A stretch of 27,991 nt of DNA from a virus. The stretch's first letter is position 1. Every line of letters begins with the position of its first letter. This document shows, one piece after another, positions 7,405 through 16,260 of the stretch. Position numbers and translations under genes: made by a program. Below the pieces are notes generated by a model. That model did no database searches. It saw only the letters and a program-made list of their open reading frames with translations, and was not told where the DNA came from. Where the stretch lies: the UHGV virus genome UHGV-0114978, one strand, 5' to 3'.

Positions 7405-7430
7405 ACCGAGAGTTTACATGAGGGGGAAAC

Positions 7431-7619
7431 ATGGAAATCAACATCATTACATTGCTGAAGGCCATTATTGGCGGAGCGGGCTTAGGCTTTGCCCTACCAG
7501 GCGGATTATCTTTCCTGCTTCCTGCTTTTACTGTTACAGCTGGGATAGCCTATGCATTTGCTGTAGCTGGTGCTGTTGCACTCCCTGCTATCTATGCCGC
7601 AAAGAAGTTAGCCAACTAA
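7431..7619 (+). CDS. small Gly/Ala-rich hydrophobic membrane protein (62 aa)
   Basis: Strong RBS (GAGGGGGAAAC before ATG); two predicted TM helices rich in G/A (IIGGAGLGFALPGG, AGIAYAFAVAGAVALPAIY); stop is directly followed by the next ATG. Confidence 0.5.
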   Translation: MEINIITLLKAIIGGAGLGFALPGGLSFLLPAFTVTAGIAYAFAVAGAVALPAIYAAKKLAN

Positions 7620-7620
7620 A

Positions 7621-7953
7621 ATGCCTGATTTATCTTGGCTTGCGCCCAGAGATGCACAGCAATTGACAAGGTTTTATTTCATACTGTGCATTGCTTATCT
7701 TGCTGTTCATCTGATATGGGATGCCGTTTGCAAAGATACGCCTCCTTTTTCTTTGGATAAGTTGCAATACAAGATGAATGAGGTTTATTCATCATCTACT
7801 TTTGCAACCAGCGCATTCTTCATTGTTATTCTGTTCGATATGAAGAATCCACTGAGAACTTCAGATGCTTTCATATTCCCATTAATTATTGCTGCTCTAA
7901 CTGGCTTTATGATCTCATTATCAGCAATAGTGCCAAAGAAAGTAAATAACTGA
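7621..7953 (+). CDS. hypothetical integral membrane protein (110 aa, about 3 TM segments)
   Basis: Translationally coupled to the 62-aa ORF (TAA-A-ATG); hydrophobic segments FYFILCIAYLAVHLIW, FATSAFFIVILF, FIFPLIIAALTGFMISLSAIV; followed by a terminator. Confidence 0.55.
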   Translation: MPDLSWLAPRDAQQLTRFYFILCIAYLAVHLIWDAVCKDTPPFSLDKLQYKMNEVYSSSTFATSAFFIVILFDMKNPLRTSDAFIFPLIIAALTGFMISLSAIVPKKVNN

Positions 7954-7956
7954 ATA

Positions 7957-7979
7957 AGCCCGCTCTGCGGGCTTTTTTG
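7957..7979 (+). terminator. intrinsic terminator AGCCCGC-TCTG-CGGGCT followed by TTTTTT
   Basis: Perfect stem plus T-run immediately after the 110-aa ORF stop. Confidence 0.7.
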
Positions 7980-8050
7980 TGGACGAAACAAAAGTCAGTG
8001 CTACACTCATTAACGCCACATTGAGGTGGCTTATAGATGGAAATTTAACA

Positions 8051-8212
8051 ATGAAAAAAGCATTTGCTGCACTGTTCGTTTTGTTGTCTCTGGTAGCTTC
8101 AACTCAGGCCTTTGCCGGTCGTTGTCAGCACGACAGCGATACTGCTGCTGACGGCTCCCGCTGCGGTGGGCGTTCTGCGGATTCCCGTCCGGGCGGCGGT
8201 GGCATTCGTTAA
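8051..8212 (+). CDS. candidate small secreted peptide (53-aa precursor with signal peptide MKKAFAALFVLLSLVASTQAFA)
   Basis: Internal Met of track ORF 7979..8212 starts a classic Sec signal peptide (MKK n-region, hydrophobic core, AFA cleavage motif); predicted mature peptide about 31 aa, Gly/Arg-rich with 2 Cys. Confidence 0.4.
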   Translation: MKKAFAALFVLLSLVASTQAFAGRCQHDSDTAADGSRCGGRSADSRPGGGGIR

Positions 8213-8240
8213 AAACAAGGCCGCGAAAGCGGCCTGTTTG
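8211..8240. terminator. bidirectional terminator-like hairpin GGCCGC-GAAA-GCGGCC flanked by A-run and T-run
   Basis: Sits between convergent genes (plus-strand peptide ORF, minus-strand 273-aa ORF); reads as stem plus TTGTTTTT on the minus strand. Confidence 0.6.
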
Positions 8241-8241
8241 A

Positions 8242-9063
8242 TCACTGTGCAGTTTTCGCTGATCGATTTTCAGCTCTAAATTCAAGAACCGTTTCAATAT
8301 TTCTTTCCTTCAGCATATCAATAACATTTTTATTCATTTGACTATCACTGGTTAATAACTGGTAAACGTTGCTTCTCTCTTTATCAGAGTTTTCTTTAAC
8401 AGCTGCTTTGCATGCCAAATGCTTATTGAAATTTTCTACATCGCTAGTACAGGAATTTACGGCTGCTGATGAAATATCAGACGCTGAAGAAACACCGTCA
8501 TCCAAACGTTTTATAGCATTTTCTATACATGAGTTAAGGGAATAAACGACAACTGAGCGATACCCTTCAGACGCACACCATTCTAAATTTCTTGAAGGAT
8601 CGAGTGGTTTTACTTCGCTGGATTGAATTAACTTGTCAAAAACTGACTTATATTCAATCTGTTTTTTATCTATAGCCCATACTTCAGTAGCTGATTTATA
8701 ATTCCCCGTATGCCTATTAACATCAAATCCATGTTTTATAAGCAAATCTGCCCATGAAAGATTTATTGATTCATTGTTATGAGGCCATTTTCCTGTCAGA
8801 ACCGCCCCCATAGACCCCATATATCCGCCATATGATGGTATAGCACCATGGCTCAGTAACTTCTCTGCAACCACAGGGCAATTAATTACATAAGAGGCGT
8901 AAAGCCCATTCCATAAAGCCCCTCTATAGTAATCGCCACGATTAGGTTCTTTTAAGTCGATAGCCTTTGATAATTGTTCGCACGTTTTGCATGCATCAAA
9001 GTTATCCTTATTGCATTGCAATGAACTGGCAGCTGTAGGATTTACAGAGACTATTGAAAGCAC
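8242..9063 (-). CDS. Cys-rich protein with degenerate ankyrin-like motifs; probable secreted form starts at ATG 9083 via a -1 shift in an A7 tract
   Basis: Track ORF starts at GTG 9063. One nt after the upstream stop, ATG 9083 + A7 would encode MKKNFGIVLSIVSVNPTAASSLQC (a signal peptide) if read with a -1 slip or an A8 tract. LLSHGAIPS and LLIKHGFDVNRH look like ankyrin helix-turn motifs. Confidence 0.6.
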   Translation of the reverse strand: MLSIVSVNPTAASSLQCNKDNFDACKTCEQLSKAIDLKEPNRGDYYRGALWNGLYASYVINCPVVAEKLLSHGAIPSYGGYMGSMGAVLTGKWPHNNESINLSWADLLIKHGFDVNRHTGNYKSATEVWAIDKKQIEYKSVFDKLIQSSEVKPLDPSRNLEWCASEGYRSVVVYSLNSCIENAIKRLDDGVSSASDISSAAVNSCTSDVENFNKHLACKAAVKENSDKERSNVYQLLTSDSQMNKNVIDMLKERNIETVLEFRAENRSAKTAQ

Positions 9064-9084
9064 TATGCCAAAATTTTTTTCATC

Positions 9085-12000
9085 CTATTTCATCTGCTCT
9101 TCAACTTTATTTAGTAATGGTGATATCGCCCACAGATTCTGAAAAGGTAGCATTTTACGGACAGCGTGGGTTTGCTGGCTGTCAAATTCTCCGTTAAGTA
9201 CACCATTTGCAACCGTCGCGGCATCACCGCCAAGATCAAAGGTAGGACCAAGTAAAGCACCAATAGCATTACGACTCTGAAACCTTGATACCGGAGGCGC
9301 ACCAAACATCGCGCCAAGACCAAACCTACCGCCGCTTATGTTCTCAACGGTATTCAGCGGCTCAGAGAGCCAGCCAAGCATTCCGCCCCGGTCGATCCCC
9401 TCTTTCACAAGGTTATTCCAGCTGTAGTCGATATCGCGACCGCTTAACTTCTGTTTCATCATATAGACCATTGAGCCAAGCGCAATCGTGCCAAGCGCAC
9501 CAAGATAGAATGCAGCATCGCCCTGCTGGATACCAGATACCAGCACCCTGTTATGCTGTGCGAAGATAAACGTTTTGAACTGCGTGATCATCTTCCAGCC
9601 TTCTTTACTAAAAAACAGCGGTGTATCACCTACGCCAGGCGTTACAATCACTGAGTCTACATCTTTCAGCACTGCAGACTGGAAAATCTCTCTAGCGAAA
9701 CGGTCATCCCACAGATGACTATGCCCGGTTAACAGCCCGTCCATATCCTCTCCGTGCTTCCCGAATTGCTCCCCGATTCGGCGCAGAACATCTTCATTGA
9801 TGCCGACCTGTGCCATCTTCCGCATTTCACTTTTGGAGAGCGTGCCACCAGCAGAAACTTGGCGAGCCGCGTCAAGTATCCTCGACTGCACTATCATCCC
9901 AGACCATGATTTAAGTGCGCTGTTCCACTGATTCATCAGCGTCCAGTTACCGAATTTCTGCGTCATCCAGTTCAGACCTCGCTCAGCGGCGCTTCTCCGG
10001 CTATAGGGGTCAGTAAGATCCGCTATAGCCTTTGTACGCGTAGACAGGACATAATCAAGCCCAACTGCCATTTCTCGCAAATCCCTGGTTGCAATTTTTA
10101 CTGAGTCCATATTTTTAAGCATGCTTACCATTGGTCCGAGAGATTTTCTCAGGCCATGCTGCATCATCGGTCGCATCAGATCAGTTGCAGCGGAGACAGT
10201 CATTCCACCAAGCAAACGGAGGAAGTTAATATTCCTAGCAACTCGCCCGGCACGAACAAAGAAACTGCGTGGATCTTGAGGTGCACCGTAAGTACCAAGC
10301 AGTCGATCACGCATAGCCGTAATATCCCTAATATCAGCCTCCCGTTGCTTCTCAAGAACTGCACGTCGTTTAGGTGTTTTAGCCTCTTTTATTAGCCGGG
10401 TATATTCCTCACTAACCTGACGGATTTGCTCCCCCATATCTTTACGGCCAAACTGCGCAGTCAGCTCAATTTCTGGTGCCACCTGCCGGAGATAACTTTC
10501 CATGATGTAGTTAACATCTGATTCAAGAAAATCTTCTATACGCTCATCAGGAATAAGCAGCGTTCTGCTTTTAGTGAAACCAGCCCGACCAACGAGTCTC
10601 TCTGGGATAATATCGGCTGGTACAAGCCCGGAAGGTGCGCCTATTATTTTATTCACGATCTCGTCAGCAGCGTCCTCTGCTTCCTCTCGGGATAGAGGCT
10701 CCATCTGCTTCAGTGCTCGCTCGCGGCTTGCATTCAGCCTTGTGGTTGAATTTGCCCGTTTTTGCAGTCGGCGAAGCTCAGAACGATATTTCCGTGGATT
10801 ATCCAGCAACTCCATATGGCGCTGATAGACAGGAAGCTCACTCTTTGCCTGCGCTATATCATCAAGGAGTGTTTTAAGGTCAGAGCTTTCTTTCATCATT
10901 CTTGCCTGAAGTTTTTCTGATGAAGTCTCGGCCAACTCTTTTTCTATTCTTGTAAGACGCGCCTGTGTGTCAGTCTCCTGAGATATAAGCTTATTTCGTT
11001 TATCCAGTTCTTCCATGAGTAGAATTTTTTTACCAGACCATTTCTCCGCTTCAGCGATTTCACTAGCGAGAGCATCAGCGCGCGGTGCTGATTCCTCTGC
11101 AGTTTTTAGCAATGAATTTATCTTTTCAATTCGCTGACCTGCTTTGTCAGCACCTTTGGCACTAATCCCTTGTATCCAGTTGGCAATTCGCCCTCTGAAT
11201 TCAGTGCGGTCGGAAAGTATCTTATCGAACTTATAAATGCGGGGAAGATAACTCTTCGCCGTCACGACATCGATATCCTCAGGAAGGATCCCCAATTCCT
11301 GCATACGGGCTTTTGTGGTCTCAAAAATGGGGCGGATTCTGGCGGCTGCTTGTGAAACCTCAGGAATATCACTCTGATCACCACGGCGCATAGCCATGCC
11401 AACAGCTTCATTGAAATCAATAAAGTTCATCCTCTTCACGCCGCGGGCGCTGACAGATTTGCTGTACTGCTGGTAAGCATCACGAGTAGCTTCCATCTGC
11501 TTATAAAGCATGGCGTCGTATTGCTTAATCTTAGTCTCGACTGCCGTAAACGTAGCCAACCCCTCATCATTTTTGGCGAAGAAATAGTTATTTTCGGCAA
11601 GCTGCTGGTTAATCTGACGGGAGACAAGAGATGGTGATTGCGCCAAGCGGCCAGCAGGAGTGACACTCAACGTTTTGTTAGCAAGTCCAAGTCCAGCGAG
11701 CTGTTCCTGATCGAGTGTGGTATTGAAAACCTGAGCTGCACCAATGCTTTGAGGAGAATCCATACCTCGCAAATGATTACCTACTGAGTTAACCACTGCC
11801 TCGCGCGCGCTAGGTCCAGCAAGTAGCTGTGCACCAGCACCAAGGATCCCACCAACGAGAGCATCAACAACAACGTTCGATACGCTCTCCATCGGTGAGC
11901 GAGCTTCCTGAGTGGCCTGTAATGCGGCTTCTGATACTCCCCCACCAGCAGCATTCGCCAGGGCAAAACGCCCTGCCGTCTCAGCAATACTTCCTCCACG

Positions 12001-12474
12001 CGCTACCGCCCCTACAGGGATGAACATTGCAGCCACATTAACCGGGTCTATCATTCCCATTGCTAAGCTTGAAATAGTACCAGCACCACCCATTTCAGAT
12101 AGATATTCTCTATCTGTTCTTTGCTTATCGATTCGATGTTTAATTGCCATTGTTTCTTCATGCGAACCGGAGTTGATAAACGAATCTGCAAAATCTTCAT
12201 AGCCTTTAATATCTGCTGCATCGTTATCAAATGGGTTATATCCTTCAACCCTGTCAAACTGACTGAAAGGAGCACTGGCAATAAAGCTACCCAGCGTGTT
12301 ATCTATACGAAATGCTGCTTGTCTAGACCTTTGAACGCGTTGCTCACTGGTAAATGGGTTCACAGCAGAAAGCAAAGAAGGTGTTTCCATATAGAAATTA
12401 CTGTCATCAGGTGCTGCTATTTGCTGAATATCCTCGCCAAGCAACTCTTTAGGATCCTGTTCATATATCGGCAT
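9085..12474 (-). CDS. internal virion (core/ejection) protein, gp16-like by size and position (1129 aa)
   Basis: Last large gene of the core operon, start coupled to the upstream stop; Gly/Ala-rich putative membrane-interacting region (MGMIDPVNVAAMFIPVGAVARGG...) and long central coiled-coil; order matches T7 gp14-gp15-gp16. Confidence 0.65.
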   Translation of the reverse strand: MPIYEQDPKELLGEDIQQIAAPDDSNFYMETPSLLSAVNPFTSEQRVQRSRQAAFRIDNTLGSFIASAPFSQFDRVEGYNPFDNDAADIKGYEDFADSFINSGSHEETMAIKHRIDKQRTDREYLSEMGGAGTISSLAMGMIDPVNVAAMFIPVGAVARGGSIAETAGRFALANAAGGGVSEAALQATQEARSPMESVSNVVVDALVGGILGAGAQLLAGPSAREAVVNSVGNHLRGMDSPQSIGAAQVFNTTLDQEQLAGLGLANKTLSVTPAGRLAQSPSLVSRQINQQLAENNYFFAKNDEGLATFTAVETKIKQYDAMLYKQMEATRDAYQQYSKSVSARGVKRMNFIDFNEAVGMAMRRGDQSDIPEVSQAAARIRPIFETTKARMQELGILPEDIDVVTAKSYLPRIYKFDKILSDRTEFRGRIANWIQGISAKGADKAGQRIEKINSLLKTAEESAPRADALASEIAEAEKWSGKKILLMEELDKRNKLISQETDTQARLTRIEKELAETSSEKLQARMMKESSDLKTLLDDIAQAKSELPVYQRHMELLDNPRKYRSELRRLQKRANSTTRLNASRERALKQMEPLSREEAEDAADEIVNKIIGAPSGLVPADIIPERLVGRAGFTKSRTLLIPDERIEDFLESDVNYIMESYLRQVAPEIELTAQFGRKDMGEQIRQVSEEYTRLIKEAKTPKRRAVLEKQREADIRDITAMRDRLLGTYGAPQDPRSFFVRAGRVARNINFLRLLGGMTVSAATDLMRPMMQHGLRKSLGPMVSMLKNMDSVKIATRDLREMAVGLDYVLSTRTKAIADLTDPYSRRSAAERGLNWMTQKFGNWTLMNQWNSALKSWSGMIVQSRILDAARQVSAGGTLSKSEMRKMAQVGINEDVLRRIGEQFGKHGEDMDGLLTGHSHLWDDRFAREIFQSAVLKDVDSVIVTPGVGDTPLFFSKEGWKMITQFKTFIFAQHNRVLVSGIQQGDAAFYLGALGTIALGSMVYMMKQKLSGRDIDYSWNNLVKEGIDRGGMLGWLSEPLNTVENISGGRFGLGAMFGAPPVSRFQSRNAIGALLGPTFDLGGDAATVANGVLNGEFDSQQTHAVRKMLPFQNLWAISPLLNKVEEQMK

Positions 12475-15221
12475 TATTTGCCCCCTGCGTATATATTGCT
12501 CGGAAGGTAATTGGCTGAACCATAACCGAATGGTTTGGTCAGATCTGGAGGAGTATATCCATCTTTATTGCTGAACTGCGGCAGCGGATTGCCTTCTCTC
12601 CGCACTCTAGCCTCATCAACACGCTGTTGCTGGAACTGAATGGTTTGCCTGTACATTGGAGATGTCAGCTGATCCGGCTTGAAACGAACAGGGAGACCAT
12701 TTTCTCCAATATAATTTCTCGGTTCTATCGCTCCGTTTGCGTCAGGCTGTAAAACCATAACAGCATAACTCCTATCCCTTGCCGTAAGGCCATCAGAAAC
12801 AAGTATTAAGTCCGTATCACTGCGAGGACCGCCAAAGGATTTTGATTTAAGCTCGCGTTTTTCCTGCTCCCACTGCCCCTGTATCCAGTTACCAGCACCA
12901 TTATTTACTCCGTACAATGCCTCAGGTGCATACTTCATAACCTCTGCTTTGCCATTAACTGTAGAAACTCCCCAGGTGGTTCTGATCATGGCATTGGTCA
13001 TTTTCTCAGCCTGTTCTGCATCGCCACCTGTCTGTACAAAGTTAGCATCGTAAATTGTCTGGTAATCTCGCTGATAGGCCGCATTTGATTTTCCTGGATC
13101 GGTAATATCCGGAGACCACGAACCAAAGGAAGTCAGACTGCTGGCGTTATTTTGTGCAGCAGTTGCCCTCGCCGCGACATATTTTTTGTCTCGCATGGCA
13201 GTGGAAAGCATCTGTTTCATTCGGTCATCCTGTTGGAACACCTGGCTGTAAGCCATATCAACAGCCTTATCCTCCGGCACGCCAGCGCGGGAATAATCGT
13301 AAACCTTGCCGTAAAATGCCATCGTACTTTTATCAAGTGTTGCCGCTGCCGCCGGATTATTATCGAATAACTGACCGTAGAATTTTGCCATCGGGACAAC
13401 CAGCGCAGGATCTCTTGATGTTGCTCCACTGTTAAGCATTGTTTTAACCTGAGTTGGTATCATGCCGCTTTTAGTTGTGACGGTGACCAGTGTATTGATG
13501 CTCTGCGGATCAGATATGGAAAACGAAGGCGCGATATCCTGCGCGAAATAACGGTCTACCGCTGCCTGATTGTTTTTGTCGTTAGGGTCCAGCGGGAAGT
13601 TATTTTGCATTGAAGACACGAACCTGTTTCTTCCCTGCTGAATCTCCCACTCCCTATCCATCTCTTTAAATTTGGCCTGCATTTTCTCCCAGCGTTGCTG
13701 GTTAGCTGCAAATCCAGGAGCATTTGGATCCTGTGGACGTAAACGTTCAAGAATGTCTTGTCGTCCTTCTGGAGTGAGGTCTTTAGCGGCACCAATGACA
13801 CCTCCATATTGTATCTGCGCCTGCATATCCTTCCACTTCATAGCGCCAATGCGCGGACCATTGGCCCGGATAAAATCGTCCTCAGAAGGTAACTTCTCAG
13901 GTTTCAATCCTTCATCAAGGGCTGAATATGCATCTTTAACTACGGTGCTAAGCTGGTCCGCATACTGCTGGCGGTACTGATTTCTCAGCTCATTAGCCTG
14001 CCTCAATGCCTGTATTTGCATTTGAGGGCTCATAGCGTCAAATGCCGCATTGCCCGTATAACGCTTAGGTGAATCAAGGTTAGTTAGACCAAGGGCTGCC
14101 GAGATACCAGTTTCAAGCTGTTCGGTGCTATAAGGCATACTGCCATTTTCGTGTTTAATAATCCCAGCACATAAAGCAGCTAGTGTCTTTGGGTTAGAGA
14201 TATCAAGCTGATCATTCTCCCCAACACCAAGCTCACTACACAATGCCCTAATATAAGCATCAGTATTATTACCATCACTAGCCGGAGCATAGCGATTAAC
14301 AATCTCGCTAACGGTGTCATAGCCTTGACGCTGGTAAGACAACATATTTTTACCCAACGCGCGGATTCCATGCTCAGGGGTAGCAAACGTTGCAAAACGT
14401 CCATCACTACCTATCTGACCTTCCCACGGGTTAGATTTGCTCGCTTCAATATTACCAGGGTTATTATTACGTAAACCACGAGCATCCAATGAATTACCAT
14501 GTGATATTGCACGACTCACACCATCAAGATCCCCTGGCTCTCCATTAACCTGAAGAAACTCGTTGTATTTTTGAGCGATATTTCCTATCCATGCTTGCTG
14601 CCCCATTTGTTCCTTGAGCTGAGTTTTCTGCTGAACACGCCACTCATCAGGAAGCCCATGCGCATCAGCGTATTGATCAATAGATTCAAATCGCTGCTTG
14701 GCTAAATCGACAAATGCTTGGTTATCGCTATATAGCCCCGCAGACTGAGTGACAGCCAATGCATTTCCTGACAAATACGTTTGATCTTGGAATTGCTGAA
14801 ACTGCCCAACTTCATATCGACGTGCCTGATTGTAATAAGACTGCATAGACTGCTGGAGTTGAAAGGATAATTTATTCCTTTCCTCACTTTCAGGAATTGA
14901 GCCTAATAATGCCTGAGCCCTTTCCTGCATATTTTTCATAACAGCGTCACTCTGACCAAGAGCGTTTTTACCCTGTTTAGAAATCAGCCCATTTTCAGGG
15001 TTGTTAATCTGGTCATCTGCAAATTGGTTAAATTGCAGTAACGCCTCCTGGGCCATAGCAACATTCGCTTTCTGCCTAGCTTCACCATATGCCACCGCAT
15101 ACTGATCTGCGACATTCGCCAGCACCTGACCTGCTTGAGGAACATCGAAGGTCTGAAAACCACCGGTTTGCACACCACGACTTTGCACCTGGCGTCCGGA
15201 TGTAGTAGGAACAACAGGCAT
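12474..15221 (-). CDS. internal virion protein, gp15-like by position (915 aa), with a conserved NNPGN-containing block that may be a cell-wall hydrolase domain
   Basis: Translationally coupled on both sides; block RNNNPGNIEASKSNPWEGQIGSDGRFATFATPEHGIRALGKN looks like a conserved enzymatic or binding domain I cannot name with certainty. Confidence 0.65.
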   Translation of the reverse strand: MPVVPTTSGRQVQSRGVQTGGFQTFDVPQAGQVLANVADQYAVAYGEARQKANVAMAQEALLQFNQFADDQINNPENGLISKQGKNALGQSDAVMKNMQERAQALLGSIPESEERNKLSFQLQQSMQSYYNQARRYEVGQFQQFQDQTYLSGNALAVTQSAGLYSDNQAFVDLAKQRFESIDQYADAHGLPDEWRVQQKTQLKEQMGQQAWIGNIAQKYNEFLQVNGEPGDLDGVSRAISHGNSLDARGLRNNNPGNIEASKSNPWEGQIGSDGRFATFATPEHGIRALGKNMLSYQRQGYDTVSEIVNRYAPASDGNNTDAYIRALCSELGVGENDQLDISNPKTLAALCAGIIKHENGSMPYSTEQLETGISAALGLTNLDSPKRYTGNAAFDAMSPQMQIQALRQANELRNQYRQQYADQLSTVVKDAYSALDEGLKPEKLPSEDDFIRANGPRIGAMKWKDMQAQIQYGGVIGAAKDLTPEGRQDILERLRPQDPNAPGFAANQQRWEKMQAKFKEMDREWEIQQGRNRFVSSMQNNFPLDPNDKNNQAAVDRYFAQDIAPSFSISDPQSINTLVTVTTKSGMIPTQVKTMLNSGATSRDPALVVPMAKFYGQLFDNNPAAAATLDKSTMAFYGKVYDYSRAGVPEDKAVDMAYSQVFQQDDRMKQMLSTAMRDKKYVAARATAAQNNASSLTSFGSWSPDITDPGKSNAAYQRDYQTIYDANFVQTGGDAEQAEKMTNAMIRTTWGVSTVNGKAEVMKYAPEALYGVNNGAGNWIQGQWEQEKRELKSKSFGGPRSDTDLILVSDGLTARDRSYAVMVLQPDANGAIEPRNYIGENGLPVRFKPDQLTSPMYRQTIQFQQQRVDEARVRREGNPLPQFSNKDGYTPPDLTKPFGYGSANYLPSNIYAGGK

Positions 15222-15796
15222 CAGTAACCTCCTATTTTGAATCGGGAGTCAGAATTCATAAAACCTGAGTTAGATAACATTGGCGTCCCACCACTAGATG
15301 TACTTCCTTTAGAGAACGGACTCCACGTCCCACCAAACATCTGGTACGCACCGTATGCCTTCAGAGGCGCAGTGAGCAATGTTGTTGCTGCTCCCACATT
15401 CCCCTGTTTACGGGCTGAACTGGCTTCTGCTTTATAGTTGGCAGCCTGAACCTGATAACCGTAAGCCTCGCGTTGCGCGTTATTCACCGTCGTCAGCGAA
15501 TCAAGAGCGCCAAACTGGGCAGTGTCGCCAAATATATCCAGCGCGTTACCGGTAGATAAATCGGCGCCGGTCGCCCCCATTGTCGCCGCTTGAGTACCAA
15601 GCCGCTGTCGGGTCTCTCTGCGCCGTTGCTCAGCTTCAGCGTTACCTCTGTTTATTGCATCATTTGCCTGAGCAGTGGCTATATCTGCGTTCGCTTCTGC
15701 AACCTTCGAGGCATACTTTCCCTGTTGGTACTGGGTGTATGCCTGAATGCCACTCATGGCGAGCATTGCGCCACCAGCAATAACCGGATCGCACAT
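15221..15796 (-). CDS. internal virion protein B-like (T7 gp14-like, 191 aa)
   Basis: N-terminus MCDPVIAGGAMLAMSGIQAY resembles my memory of the T7 gp14 N-terminus (MCWAAAIPIAISGAQAISGQ); size 191 versus 196 aa; position before the two large core proteins. Confidence 0.6.
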   Translation of the reverse strand: MCDPVIAGGAMLAMSGIQAYTQYQQGKYASKVAEANADIATAQANDAINRGNAEAEQRRRETRQRLGTQAATMGATGADLSTGNALDIFGDTAQFGALDSLTTVNNAQREAYGYQVQAANYKAEASSARKQGNVGAATTLLTAPLKAYGAYQMFGGTWSPFSKGSTSSGGTPMLSNSGFMNSDSRFKIGGY

Positions 15797-16260
15797 TATT
15801 TTCTCTCCATGTGAAATCTGTGGAAATTAAGACCAAGAGCACCATAAGGCGCGGCTTCTTCAAGCCTGAATCCAAGCCAGTGCAGCCATGCTTTGGCAAC
15901 ATGGTTTCGCTCGTCGACGTAGTTTTCCAGGCGCGGATAAACTGCCAGCATCTGCTGCAATACAGGGCGGCAGTGGCGAAGAAATGTCTTCTGATATTTT
16001 TCAATACGGCTGGTTCCTACCAGCCAGGGCGTACCATTGCCACCGATCATTGACGCCGGAGATACGCCAAACATGGTTACCAGTTCTCCGTTCGCAAATC
16101 CTGACCAGGCCATAGTCGCAGTGCGAAGACCAACACGCAGCGCATCTTCGGTAGTCATCAGCGATACCGCATACAGTTCGTCAATATCAGCCTGACGAAC
16201 ATCCGGCAAAATCATCTGAAGATGCTCTTCGGTAGCGGGAACAATTCGAACATCGATCAT
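15796..16260 (-). CDS. small virion-associated protein (gp13-like position, 154 aa)
   Basis: Overlapping start/stop with neighbours inside the structural operon; no recognisable motif. Confidence 0.45.
   Translation of the reverse strand: MIDVRIVPATEEHLQMILPDVRQADIDELYAVSLMTTEDALRVGLRTATMAWSGFANGELVTMFGVSPASMIGGNGTPWLVGTSRIEKYQKTFLRHCRPVLQQMLAVYPRLENYVDERNHVAKAWLHWLGFRLEEAAPYGALGLNFHRFHMERK

Noticed and set aside
9111-15437. Numerous 60-130 aa ORFs on either strand inside the 1129-aa and 915-aa genes (for example 9285..9569, 10574..10825, 11912..12202, 13154..13435, 13672..13980, 14180..14407)
   Set aside because: All are embedded in the long, translationally coupled core genes and have low-complexity or Arg/Ser-rich translations typical of alternative frames.
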